Shown here piece by piece: positions 28,239-37,736 of a DNA stretch of 64,000 nt. A program made the position numbers and the translations under genes. The stretch's first letter is position 1; each line of letters starts with the position of its first letter. This stretch comes from Candidatus Eiseniibacteriota bacterium (GTDB lineage Bacteria; Eisenbacteria; RBG-16-71-46), in NCBI GenBank assembly GCA_963776245.1, contig CAVZLN010000006.1, forward strand, positions 512,001 through 576,000, written 5' to 3'. The notes beneath the pieces are model-generated. The model was not told where the DNA came from. It was given only the letters and a program-made list of their open reading frames with translations, and did not search any database.

Positions 28239-29528
28239 ATGGCCTTCGAAGTGAGACTGCCGGACATCGGCGAGGGCATCGCCGAAGGTGAGGTGGTGCG
28301 CTGGCTGGTGAAGGCCGGGGACGCGGTGCGCGAGGACCAGCCGCTGGTCGAGGTGATGACCGACAAGGCGAGCGTCGAGATCCCCTCGCCCCGCACCGGC
28401 ACCATCGAGGCGCTCCACGCGGAGGAGGGCGCCATGGTGCCGGTCGGCAGCCTGCTGCTGACCATCGCGGTGGCGGGCGCGACCGCGGCCGCGGCCGCGG
28501 CTCCCGCGCATGCTCCCGCGTCGCCGGGCGCGGCGGTCTCCCCGGGCGGCGCGCCCGCGGCGCCTGCGGGAGCGCGCGCGCAGGCGAGCCCGGCGGTGCG
28601 CCAGCTCGCGAAGACCCTCGGCGTGGACCTCGCGGGCCTCGCGGGCGGCGGGCCCGGCGGGGCCATCACCGCCGACGACGTGCGGCGCGCCGCGACGGGC
28701 GCCGCGGGCGTGGGCGTGGGCGCGGCCGCGGCCGGTGCCACGCCCGCGCCAGGTCGCGCGGGGCCGGGGTCCGCGGCGCCCGCGCCCGGGGGCCCCGCGC
28801 CCGCTCCGAAGCCCGACGAGCCCGAGGAGCGCGTGCCGCTGCGCGGCCTGCGCCGGCGCATCGCCGAGCACATGCGCCATTCCCTCGACCTGGCGGCCCA
28901 CTTCACGTTCGTCGCCGAGGCCGACTTCACCGCGCTGGTGCTCCACCGCGAGTCCATGCGCGCGCGCGCGGCGGCCGCGGGCGCCCGGCTCACCTACCTC
29001 GCGTACGTGTTCCGCGCGCTGCCCGGCGTGCTCGCGCGCTTCCCGCAGCTGAACGCCAGCCTCGACGACGCGCGCGGGGAGGTCGTGCTCAAGCGCTACG
29101 TGCATCTCGGGCTCGCCTCCATGACCGGCGACGGGCTCACCGTGCCGGTGGTGCGCCACGCCGACCGGCTCGGGCTGTTCGCGATGGCGCGCGAGATCGA
29201 GCGCCTGGCGGGCGCGGCGCGCGCCGGCACGCTCAAGCTCGAGGAGCTCCAGGGCGGCACGTTCACCGTCACCAGCACCGGCGCGCACGGCGGCGTGCTC
29301 GCCACTCCCATCCTCCACCACCCGCAGGTCGGCATCCTCGGGGTGCACGAGGTGAAGCCGAGGCCCTCCGTGGTGGACGGCGCGATCGTCGCCCGCGATC
29401 TCACGAATCTCTCGCTCACCCTCGATCACCGCGTGGTGGATGGCGCGGTGGGCGCGGATTTCCTCTACGCCCTGATCGAGACCCTCGAGCGCCCGCAGGA
29501 CTGGCTCGCGGACGCCGACCTGGCCTGA
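28239..29528 (+). CDS. Dihydrolipoamide acyltransferase E2
   Basis: Lipoyl domain EVMTDKA, E3-binding ASPAVRQLA, catalytic DHRVVDG. Confidence 0.95.
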   Translation: MAFEVRLPDIGEGIAEGEVVRWLVKAGDAVREDQPLVEVMTDKASVEIPSPRTGTIEALHAEEGAMVPVGSLLLTIAVAGATAAAAAAPAHAPASPGAAVSPGGAPAAPAGARAQASPAVRQLAKTLGVDLAGLAGGGPGGAITADDVRRAATGAAGVGVGAAAAGATPAPGRAGPGSAAPAPGGPAPAPKPDEPEERVPLRGLRRRIAEHMRHSLDLAAHFTFVAEADFTALVLHRESMRARAAAAGARLTYLAYVFRALPGVLARFPQLNASLDDARGEVVLKRYVHLGLASMTGDGLTVPVVRHADRLGLFAMAREIERLAGAARAGTLKLEELQGGTFTVTSTGAHGGVLATPILHHPQVGILGVHEVKPRPSVVDGAIVARDLTNLSLTLDHRVVDGAVGADFLYALIETLERPQDWLADADLA

Positions 29529-29541
29529 AAGGGACCCCGAC

Positions 29542-31674
29542 ATGAGAATCCCGAAGCGTTCGCTGCTCGCCATCGCGCTGCTCGCCGCGATCTGCACCCG
29601 CGCGCTCGCCGCTCCCCCGCCGACGCGGGTCGAGGTGGTGCGCGACACGCTGCATGGCGTGGTGGTCGAGGATCCCTACCGCTGGCTCGAGAGCAAGGAC
29701 GCCCCCGAGACGCGGGCCTGGATCGACGAGCAGATCCGCTACACCCAGTCGGTGCTCGCCGGCTACCCCGGGCGGGTGCGGATCGTGTCGCGCCTCGAGC
29801 AGTTGCTCAAGGTGGACGTGATGGGCATCCCGATCGAGCGCGGCGGCCGCTACTTCTTCTCCAAGCGCCTGAGCGGACAGGAACAGCGCGTGCTCTACGT
29901 GCGCCGGGGGATCGGCGGCAAGGACGAGGTGCTGCTCGACCCGCATCCGCTCAGCCCCGACCACACCACCTCGGTCTCCTACACCGACATCTCGCTCGAC
30001 GGCACGCTGGTCGCCATCGCCAAGCGGCAGGGCGGGAAGGACGAGGTCGAGGTCTCCTTCCTCGACGTGAACACGCGCCAGCCGCTGGCCGACCGGCTGC
30101 CGGTCGCGCGCTATTTCGGGATCGCGATCAAGGCCGACCGCAGCGGGGTGTACTACTCGAAGTCGCTGCCCGAGGGCTCGCGCGTGTACTACCACCCGAT
30201 GGGCGGCGACCCGGCGCAGGACACGCAGGTGTTCGGCGCGGGCTACGGCCCCGAGAAGATCATCGACGCCACGCTCAGCGAGGACGGGCGCTGGCTGGTG
30301 CTCACGGTGTACTACGGTTCGGCGTCGCAGCGCAGCGAACTGTGGGTCCAGGACGTCGAGCACGGCGGTGCGCTGTTCGCGGTCGCGAAGGACATCGACG
30401 GCTTCTTCACCGGCACCGTGGTCGGCGACCTGCTCTACATGCAGACCAACTGGCAGGCGCCCCGCGGCCGCATCCTGCGGGTCGACCTGGGCGCCCCGGC
30501 GCAGGACAAGTGGCGCGAGATCGTGCCGCAGGGCGAGCACGTGCTCGAGAGCTTCTCGCTGGCCGGCGGACGGGTGTTCGCGAACTACCTCGAGAACGTG
30601 GTGTCGAAGGTGCGGGTGTTCGGCCCCGAGGGCCGGCCGATGGGCGAGATCGCCTTCCCCACGCTCGGCACCGTGGGCGGGATGAACGGACGCTGGGCCA
30701 GCAACGAGGCGTTCTTCACGTTCTCGTCGTTCACCGTGCCTTCCACCATCTTCCGCTACGACGTGACGAGCGGCGTGCGCACCGAGTGGTGGCGCTCGCA
30801 GGCGCCGGTGGCCAGCGACCGCTTCGAGACCCGGCAGGTTTGGTACACCTCGAAGGACGGCACCAAGGTCCCGATGTTCCTGGTGCACCGCAAGGGGCTC
30901 GAGTTCGACGGCAAGCGCCCGGTGCTGCTCACCGGTTACGGCGGCTTCACCGTGAGCGAGACCCCGAACTTCTCGTCCGACGCCACCATCTGGGCCGAGA
31001 ACGGCGGCGTGTACGCCTTGCCGAACCTGCGCGGGGGCTCGGAGTTCGGCGAGGCCTGGCATCGCGCCGGGATGCTCGAGCAGAAACAGCACACCTTCGA
31101 CGATTTCATCGCCGCGGCCGAATGGCTGGTCGCGAACCGCGTCACCAACCCCGACCGGCTCGCCATCCTCGGCGGCAGCAACGGCGGGCTGCTGGTGGGG
31201 GCGTTCATGACCCAGCGCCCCGAGCTGTGCCGCGCGGTGCTGTGCGCCGTGCCCCTGCTCGACATGCTGCGCTACCACCGCTTCCTGGTGGCGCGCTTCT
31301 GGGTGCCCGAGTACGGCTCGTCCGAGGATGCGGCGCAGTTCCCGGCGCTCCAGGCGTACTCGCCCTACCAGCACGTGGTGAAGGGCACCGCGTATCCCTC
31401 GGTCATGTTCGTGACCGGGGACTCCGATACCCGCGTCGACCCGCTGCACGCGCGCAAGATGACCGCGCTCCTGCAGGCCTCGACCGGCTCCGATCCGCTG
31501 AAGCGCCCGGTGCTGCTCCACTACGACACCAAGTCGGGCCATGCGGGCGGCAAGCCGGTGAGCCAGCAGATCGAGGACGACGCCGACGAACTGCTGTTCC
31601 TGTTCACCCAGCTCGGCATGAACGTGCCGAGCGGCGGGCCGATCGACTCCCCGGTGGGGGGAACGAACCGCTGA
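29542..31674 (+). CDS. Secreted prolyl oligopeptidase (S9A)
   Basis: Signal peptide, DPYRWLE, GGSNGGLL, DTRVDP, GHAGG. Confidence 0.95.
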   Translation: MRIPKRSLLAIALLAAICTRALAAPPPTRVEVVRDTLHGVVVEDPYRWLESKDAPETRAWIDEQIRYTQSVLAGYPGRVRIVSRLEQLLKVDVMGIPIERGGRYFFSKRLSGQEQRVLYVRRGIGGKDEVLLDPHPLSPDHTTSVSYTDISLDGTLVAIAKRQGGKDEVEVSFLDVNTRQPLADRLPVARYFGIAIKADRSGVYYSKSLPEGSRVYYHPMGGDPAQDTQVFGAGYGPEKIIDATLSEDGRWLVLTVYYGSASQRSELWVQDVEHGGALFAVAKDIDGFFTGTVVGDLLYMQTNWQAPRGRILRVDLGAPAQDKWREIVPQGEHVLESFSLAGGRVFANYLENVVSKVRVFGPEGRPMGEIAFPTLGTVGGMNGRWASNEAFFTFSSFTVPSTIFRYDVTSGVRTEWWRSQAPVASDRFETRQVWYTSKDGTKVPMFLVHRKGLEFDGKRPVLLTGYGGFTVSETPNFSSDATIWAENGGVYALPNLRGGSEFGEAWHRAGMLEQKQHTFDDFIAAAEWLVANRVTNPDRLAILGGSNGGLLVGAFMTQRPELCRAVLCAVPLLDMLRYHRFLVARFWVPEYGSSEDAAQFPALQAYSPYQHVVKGTAYPSVMFVTGDSDTRVDPLHARKMTALLQASTGSDPLKRPVLLHYDTKSGHAGGKPVSQQIEDDADELLFLFTQLGMNVPSGGPIDSPVGGTNR

Positions 31675-31679
31675 CCCTC

Positions 31680-31710
31680 CGGGGGCCGCGGCCACCGGCC
31701 GCGGCCCCCG
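31680..31710. terminator. Perfect 14-bp GC stem-loop
   Basis: cgggggccgcggcc-acc-ggccgcggcccccg; no U-tract. Confidence 0.55.
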
Positions 31711-31784
31711 ACACCTTCTCCCGGGCCCTCGAGGTTCGCGCGTCGCGAGCCTGCGGGGCCCGGATCGACCGGGGACGCGCACCC

Positions 31785-32888
31785 ATGAGCGAGACGCCCT
31801 TCCAGATCCTCGACCCCGACGGCCACGCCACCGGGCCGGTGCCCGAGATCGCGGCCGACGACCTGCGAAGGCTGCACCGGCACATGTTCAAGATGCGGCT
31901 GCTCGACCAGCGCATGCTGTCGCTGCAGCGCCAGGGCCGCATCGGGTTCTACGGCATGACCACCGGCCAGGAGGCCTCGGTCACCGGCTCGGCGTTCGCG
32001 CTGCGGGCGACCGACTGGGTCTTCCACGCGTTGCGCGAGACCGGCGTGTGCCTGTGGCGCGGCACCACGGTCAAGCGAGCTGGTCTGCCAGCTGATCGGC
32101 AACTCCGGCGACGTGCTGCTCGGGCGCCAGATGCCGATGCACTTCAGCGACCGCGCGGTCCGCTCGGTGGCCTGGTCGAGCGTGATCGGCACCCAGCTCC
32201 CGCACGCCGTGGGCGCGGCCTACGCGGCCAAGCTGCAGCAGCGCGACGAGGTGTGCGTGGGCTACATCGGCGACGGCGGCACCTCGATCGGCGACTTCCA
32301 CGCCGCGATGAACTTCGCTGCGGTGTGGCAGGTGCCGTGCGTGTTCTTCTGCCAGAACAACCAGTGGGCGATCTCGGTGCCGCTCGCGACGCAGACGCGC
32401 TCGAGCAGCATCGCCATCAAGGCGGTCGCCTACGGCATGCCCGGCGTGCGCGTGGACGGCAACGACCTGCTCGCGGTCATCACCGTGATGCGCGAGGCGG
32501 TGGAGCGCGCGCGCTCCGGCGGCGGGCCCCACGCTGGTCGAGTCCGTCACCTTCCGCATGGGCGGGCACTCCTCGAGCGACGACCCGACGCGCTACCGCG
32601 ACCCGGAGCTCGTGAAGGAGTGGGAGAGCGCGCGACCCGGTGCGGCGGTTCGAGGTCTACCTGCGCGGCCTGGGACTGCTGGCCGACGCCGACCTCGAGC
32701 GCTGGACCGCCGAGATCAACGACGAGATCTCGGCCGCCATCACCGAGGCCGAGGCGCTCGGGCCCCCGCCGATCGAGAGCCTGTTCGCCGACGTCTACCG
32801 CGACCTGCCCCCGCACCTCGAGGAGCAGCGGCGCTACGCGGTGGCGATGGGCGAGGGCCGGCCGGTCGGCGGGGCCTTCCCGCTGTGA
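31785..32888 (+). pseudogene. 2-oxoacid dehydrogenase E1 alpha with three +1 frameshifts (likely sequence errors)
   Basis: LQRQGRIGFY, GDGGTS...NNQWAIS (TPP motif), GHSSSDDP lie in successive frames; extra bases near 32076, 32530, 32630. Confidence 0.88.
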
Positions 32889-33259
32889 GGGACCTCGCGC
32901 TGGTGGCGCTCGGCGGCGCGATCGGCAGCGTGCTGCGCTGGGCGCTCTCGGGCGCGGTGCAGCGCTGGAGCGGCGCGGCGTTCCCGTGGGGCACGTTCGC
33001 GGTGAACGCCGCGGGCTCGCTGGCGATCGGGTTCGTCGCGGCGCTCGCGCTCGAACGCGCGCTGGTCCCGCCGTCCGCGCGGGTGTTCGTGATCACCGGC
33101 GTGCTGGGCGGCTTCACCACCTTCTCCGCGCTCTCGTACGAGACGCTCGCGCTGCTGCGCGACGGGCAGTGGACCGCGGCGTGCGGATACGCCGGCGGCT
33201 CGCTGGTGACCGGGGTGACCGCGGCCTACGCGGGCTACGCGCTCGGGATGCGCACCTAG
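32885..33259 (+). CDS. crcB: Fluoride channel Fluc/CrcB
   Basis: GGAIGSVLR, FPWGTFAVN, GVLGGFTTFS. Confidence 0.93.
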   Translation: MRDLALVALGGAIGSVLRWALSGAVQRWSGAAFPWGTFAVNAAGSLAIGFVAALALERALVPPSARVFVITGVLGGFTTFSALSYETLALLRDGQWTAACGYAGGSLVTGVTAAYAGYALGMRT

Positions 33260-33268
33260 GGAGCGACC

Positions 33269-33619
33269 ATGCGGATCGACGGACCGGGACTGCTGCTGCG
33301 CATCTTCATCGGCGAGAACGACCGCTGGCACGGCCGCCCGCTGCACGAGGCGCTGGTGCTCAAGGCGCGCGAGATGGGCCTGGCGGGCGCGACCGTGGTG
33401 CGCGGGGTCGAGGGCTTCGGCGCGCACAGCCGGCTGCACACCGCCAAGGTGCTGCGGCTCTCCGAGGACCTGCCGCTGGTGGTCGAGCTGGTGGATCGCG
33501 AGGAGCGCATCCGCGCGTTCCTGCCCCAGTGCGACGCCATGATCGGGGACGGGCTGGTCACGCTCGAGCCGGTCGAGGTGATCCGCTACTCCGCCCAGCC
33601 GCCCGCCCCGGACGCCTAG
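33269..33619 (+). CDS. DUF190 (PII-like) protein
   Basis: LLRIFIGENDRWHGRPL, GATVVRGVEGFG, LSEDLP; usual neighbour of crcB. Confidence 0.9.
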   Translation: MRIDGPGLLLRIFIGENDRWHGRPLHEALVLKAREMGLAGATVVRGVEGFGAHSRLHTAKVLRLSEDLPLVVELVDREERIRAFLPQCDAMIGDGLVTLEPVEVIRYSAQPPAPDA

Positions 33620-33620
33620 C

Positions 33621-33654
33621 CCGCGAGCCCGACTCGGGAGAGCCGGGCTCGCGG
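33621..33654. terminator. Stem-loop between convergent genes
   Basis: ccgcgagcccg...cgggctcgcgg inverted repeat. Confidence 0.55.
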
Positions 33655-33680
33655 AGGATGCCGTCCATGGGGGCGCGACG

Positions 33681-35504
33681 TCACTTGCTGGGCAGCCTGA
33701 TCTCCTGACCGTTCTTCACCCGCTCGCTGACCATGTTGTTCTCCATCATGATCGCGGGCACGGTCACCCCCCACCGCTTCGCGATGTCGGCGAGCGTCTC
33801 GCCGCCCTTGATCCTCACCTTCGCGGGCCGCTGGATCACGAGCGACTCACCCGGCCGGGTGGGCGCGGAGGAGGCCGGCGTCGGGACGAGGCGCGGGGCG
33901 ATGGACGCGACCACGGTGGCGGGGCGTGTCGCCGCGACCGGCGCGCGTTCAGGAGTGGGCTCGGGTAGCACGGGCTTCGGCGCCGCGACCGCCTTCGGCA
34001 CCGGGATCACCGCGGGCGCCGGCTCCACCAGCTTGGGCGCGCGCACCGGCTCGGACGGCGTCAGGGTCGCCAGCTGCTGGGCGGCGGCGGGGACCGAGGG
34101 CTTCGCGGGCGCGGGTGCCGCCGTCACGGCGGGCTTCGCGGGCACGGACGCCATGGTCGCGGGCGCGGGATCCGACTTCACCGGCGCGGGTGTGGCAGGC
34201 ACGGGAGCCGACTTCACCGGCGCGAGTTGGGCGGGCACGGGTGAGATCGTCTCGGACGCGGCCACCGGAGCCACGGCGGGCGCCGTCTTCGGCGCACTCG
34301 CGGCGGGCTTCACCCGGGCCGACTGCCGCGCGGGTGGCGGCGGCGCGACGGAGGCTGGCGCGACGGCCGCGACCGGAGCGATCGGCGCCGCGGTCACCGA
34401 CGGAGGCGCGTCCTGCGCTCGCGGCTGCGAGGCGGCCGCCGTCTCGGTCGGACGCGGCGCCGGGTCGGCGGTCGGAGTCGCCGCCGGAGTCTGCTTCGCA
34501 CCCCCCGTCGCCGTGGCGACGGGCTCGGCGGGAACGGGCTGCGCGCCGAGCGGGCGCATCATGCCGCGCATCGATGCCGGGCGCAGCGTGACCCCGATGC
34601 GATGCTGACCGTCGCCCTGGCCCGGCACCACGTAGCCGTAGTCGAACCACACCGATCCCACTCCTCCACCGAGACCGAACGACGGACCGGAGAGCGGGTC
34701 GTCGACGGGCGCGGCGAGCTCGTGGCGGTAGCCCGCGCGCACCGCGAGCAGGCCCTTCCAGCGCCACTCGAGACCGGCGCGCACGTCGTTGTAGTACGCC
34801 TGCGGGAAATTGGCGTCGACCGCCACGCGCAGCCCGCTCGGCAGGTCGAGCGCGGCGCCCACGCCGACGTTGGACGGGAACGGGAACGACGGACCGGCGT
34901 ATCGCATGCGTCCGCCCACGTTCTGCGCCGCGACGCCGAGGCCGACGAACCCGGCGCGCACCAGCACGCCGCCGTCGAACGTGATCCCGGCGCCCGAGAC
35001 GTTGTCGAGCACCTCGCTCACGTACTTGGTCCCGAGGCCCACGCTCACGGCCGGCCCGAACTGGCGCGCCACGTGCGCGCCGAGCGCCATGTCGGAGACC
35101 CCGAACGTGCCGGTGGAGACGCCGGTGGCGTCGCGGCCCTGGAACCGGCCCTGCCCGTGGTAGAGCCCGGTGATCGCCCAGTGCATGGAGGTGGTGGCGA
35201 AGCGCCCGCCCACGCCGACCCACTCCTGCGACGTCTGGTTCGCGAGCCCGGCATGCGAGACCACCAGTTCGATCGGGTCGAGACGCGCCAGCGCCGCGGG
35301 GTTCCACGCCGCGCCGACCAGCCCGTTCGGCAGCGCCAGCGTGGCGCCGCCCATGCCGAGCACGCTCGCGCCGGCACCCACCGATAGGAAGTTGCCCGCG
35401 GTGGTCCCGGCGTTGTCGATCGAAGCGCTCGCGGGCGCGGCCCACGCCAGCGCCACCACCATCACGACGGCCTTCATGCGACTCGTCATCTCGGTCTTCC
35501 TCAT
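33681..35504 (-). CDS. PorV/PorQ-like outer-membrane barrel + long Pro/Ala linker + C-terminal LysM
   Basis: Signal peptide; AGTTAGNFLSVGAGASVLGMGGA...WNPAAL; FDYGY barrel end; KGGETLADIAKRWGVTVPAIMMENN...GQEIRLP LysM. Confidence 0.8.
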   Translation of the reverse strand: MRKTEMTSRMKAVVMVVALAWAAPASASIDNAGTTAGNFLSVGAGASVLGMGGATLALPNGLVGAAWNPAALARLDPIELVVSHAGLANQTSQEWVGVGGRFATTSMHWAITGLYHGQGRFQGRDATGVSTGTFGVSDMALGAHVARQFGPAVSVGLGTKYVSEVLDNVSGAGITFDGGVLVRAGFVGLGVAAQNVGGRMRYAGPSFPFPSNVGVGAALDLPSGLRVAVDANFPQAYYNDVRAGLEWRWKGLLAVRAGYRHELAAPVDDPLSGPSFGLGGGVGSVWFDYGYVVPGQGDGQHRIGVTLRPASMRGMMRPLGAQPVPAEPVATATGGAKQTPAATPTADPAPRPTETAAASQPRAQDAPPSVTAAPIAPVAAVAPASVAPPPPARQSARVKPAASAPKTAPAVAPVAASETISPVPAQLAPVKSAPVPATPAPVKSDPAPATMASVPAKPAVTAAPAPAKPSVPAAAQQLATLTPSEPVRAPKLVEPAPAVIPVPKAVAAPKPVLPEPTPERAPVAATRPATVVASIAPRLVPTPASSAPTRPGESLVIQRPAKVRIKGGETLADIAKRWGVTVPAIMMENNMVSERVKNGQEIRLPSK

Positions 35505-36514
35505 GGGATGCGTACCAGTCCGGTGTGCTGCCGCGTGTCACCCGCGATCAGCCATGCCGAGTAGGGCCCGGGCGCGACCTCGCGCCCTCCGTCGTTCTTC
35601 CCATCCCAGGTCACGGTGCGCGCGCCCGGCGCCAGCGCGCCGAGGTCGAGGTGCCGGATGGTGCGTCCACCGCCGTCCACGATCTCGAGCCGGGCGCTCG
35701 CCGCCCCGCTCGCCGGCACCGACACCGGGATGGTGACGGAGCTGCCGGCGCGGCTCGGGTTGGGATAACCGGTCTCGACCGCCCACGCCGTCGGCAGACT
35801 GCTGCCGGGCTGCGCGGGGGACAGCACCACCTGGACCGCCGCGCTGCGCGCGCTCTCGTTGTCGCTCTGGTCGAGCGCGGTCACCGCGTACCAGAGCGCC
35901 GGAGCGCCCGGCGGCAGGGAGTTGTCCACGAACACGGTCGCGGTGATGCTGCCGACGCCGCTGACCGAGGTCCACGGGCCGCTCGCGCCGGTGGCGCGAT
36001 ACACGCGATAGCCGGCCAGGTCGCCCGCGCTGCTCGCGCTCCACGCCACGCGCACGCCACTCCCCTGCACCGCGGCGGTGACCCCGGTTGGCGCGGGCGG
36101 CGGCGAGGTGTCGAGGGGCCAGTTGAACGGCAGGACGTTGGAGATCGCCGACCAGTTGCCGGCGTCGTCGCGCGCCTTGATGGCGAACCAGTACGGGGTG
36201 CCGCGCGTGAGACCGCGCACCGTGAGGCTCTGTCGCGTCCCGGCAACGCTCGGGACCGGCGCGCCGGGGATCACGGTGGCCGCGTCCCACGAGGTGGCAT
36301 CGATGGCCGAGAGGGAGAACCGCAGCTCGTAGGCGGCCGCGGTGCCGATGTTGCCGTCGTCTCCGGGCGCGGTCCACGCGAGCGCCACGGAGTCCGCCCC
36401 GGCGACCTGCGCGCGCGCCAGCACCGGCGCGAGCAGCAGGAGCCCGAGCGCGGCGATCGCCGCGGCGCAACGCCGCGCGATGCGCGCGCGGGCCCGGAGG
36501 CGGGCGTGGATCAT
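35501..36514 (-). CDS. Secreted FN3-domain protein with FlgD-Ig/T9SS type-A-like CTD
   Basis: Signal peptide; WTAPGDDGNIGTAAAYELRFS; YPNP...WDGKNDGGREVAPGPY CTD; TGATG coupling to upstream gene. Confidence 0.8.
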   Translation of the reverse strand: MIHARLRARARIARRCAAAIAALGLLLLAPVLARAQVAGADSVALAWTAPGDDGNIGTAAAYELRFSLSAIDATSWDAATVIPGAPVPSVAGTRQSLTVRGLTRGTPYWFAIKARDDAGNWSAISNVLPFNWPLDTSPPPAPTGVTAAVQGSGVRVAWSASSAGDLAGYRVYRATGASGPWTSVSGVGSITATVFVDNSLPPGAPALWYAVTALDQSDNESARSAAVQVVLSPAQPGSSLPTAWAVETGYPNPSRAGSSVTIPVSVPASGAASARLEIVDGGGRTIRHLDLGALAPGARTVTWDGKNDGGREVAPGPYSAWLIAGDTRQHTGLVRIP

Positions 36515-37317
36515 CAGCCCCGCACCCGCATCGGACGCGGCAGGTCGATCGCCGCGCTCCAGCCGATCCACACCCACGACGCCGCGAGATCCCGGATCGA
36601 CGCCGGCGCGAGCGTGTCGGTGGTGGTCGCGGTGGGCACGTTCGAGATCGCCGAGACGTTGCCGGCGTCATCCGTCGACTTGGCCGCGAACCAGTACGTG
36701 ACCTGACGGCTCAGCCCGCGCACCACCACGGACTGCGCGGTGCCGGCCACCGCCGGCGCCGGCGCGCCGCTGACGGCGCTCGCGCTGGCGAAGTTCCCCG
36801 CGGTGATGGGCGCGGTCGAGTAGCGGATGTCGTACGAGGTCGCGGTGCCGGTCAGACTGTCGTCGCCCACCGCGCTCCAGCCCAGCGTCGCCGTGGTGTC
36901 GGTGACGCTGGAGACCGCGATCGCGAGCGGCGCCGGGCGCTGCGTGTCGGGCGCCGCGAGCGTGGTGCGCTGGATCACGTTCGAGATCAGCGCCCAGTTG
37001 GGCACCTCGTCTGCGGTCTTGATCGCGAACCAGTAGCTGGTGTTCGGAGTCAGGTTGGAGACCGTGAAGGTCTGGCGCGTGCCCGGGGCGGCCGGCACCG
37101 GGGCGCCGGTGACCGGGGTCGCGGAAGCGAAGTTCGCCGCGTTGATGATCGCCGCCGAGTAGCGGATGTCGAACGCCGAGGCGGTCCCGACCAGGCTGTC
37201 GTCGCCCGGAGTGGTCCACGACAGCGTGACGCTGTTGTGCGTGATCTGGGCGCTCGCGCTCCCGGTTCCCATCACGCTCGCGAGGAGCACCACGAGCATG
37301 ATCCCTCGGAATCCCAT
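36514..37317 (-). CDS. Secreted protein with two FN3 domains
   Basis: G-rich RBS; signal peptide ASA|Q; two repeats W(T/S)xxGDDSLxGTAxx(F/Y)DIRYS...YWFA. Confidence 0.8.
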   Translation of the reverse strand: MGFRGIMLVVLLASVMGTGSASAQITHNSVTLSWTTPGDDSLVGTASAFDIRYSAAIINAANFASATPVTGAPVPAAPGTRQTFTVSNLTPNTSYWFAIKTADEVPNWALISNVIQRTTLAAPDTQRPAPLAIAVSSVTDTTATLGWSAVGDDSLTGTATSYDIRYSTAPITAGNFASASAVSGAPAPAVAGTAQSVVVRGLSRQVTYWFAAKSTDDAGNVSAISNVPTATTTDTLAPASIRDLAASWVWIGWSAAIDLPRPMRVRG

Positions 37318-37496
37318 GACGTCCCCCCTCCAGCCCTTCGTGCATGTGCCGTGTGGGCGTCGAATCTCGTGCTCACCAGCCATCGCAGAACTCCCGATCA
37401 AGATGCGTCAGGCGGCACCGTAGGGAAATCCGGACGAAGGGTCACGTCCTGGATCGCGACGGTCGCGTCACAACCGAGCAAGCCGCGGCCTCTCGC

Positions 37497-37514
37497 TTGC
37501 ACGAAGCATGCCCC
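37497..37514 (-). promoter_or_regulatory. Putative sigma54 -24/-12 promoter for the FN3/PorV operon
   Basis: GG-CATGCTTCGT-GCA (GG-N10-GC) on the minus strand, about 180 bp upstream of the start. Confidence 0.45.
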
Positions 37515-37707
37515 GCATGGCCTGTGGCATCCGTGGCTGGGAGTTGACTGCTAACTCGTGGGTGTCGCACGGCCTGCAGTGGATGGGGGGGAGTACGCCA
37601 ACCACCTTGTTGCGCGCAGAGTGCACCTCAAGTTACCCGAGTCGCAATGCGTAATACCACGTAATCGCCTCGCCGGGTCCCGGGATCTCCGGCCCGAGGC
37701 GCGGTCA

Positions 37708-37736
37708 TTGACACCCCGCTGAGCCACACCTATGCT
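37708..37736 (+). promoter_or_regulatory. Near-consensus sigma70 promoter of the pilus operon
   Basis: TTGACA-N17-TATGCT. Confidence 0.75.

Noticed and set aside
32070..32640. Programmed ribosomal frameshifting in E1-alpha
   Set aside because: No slippery heptamers, and three independent shifts are better explained as sequence errors.
32820..32890. Fluoride riboswitch before crcB
   Set aside because: crcB overlaps the upstream CDS; the ggcgatgg 8-mer lies in E1-alpha coding sequence and the rest of the motif was not found.
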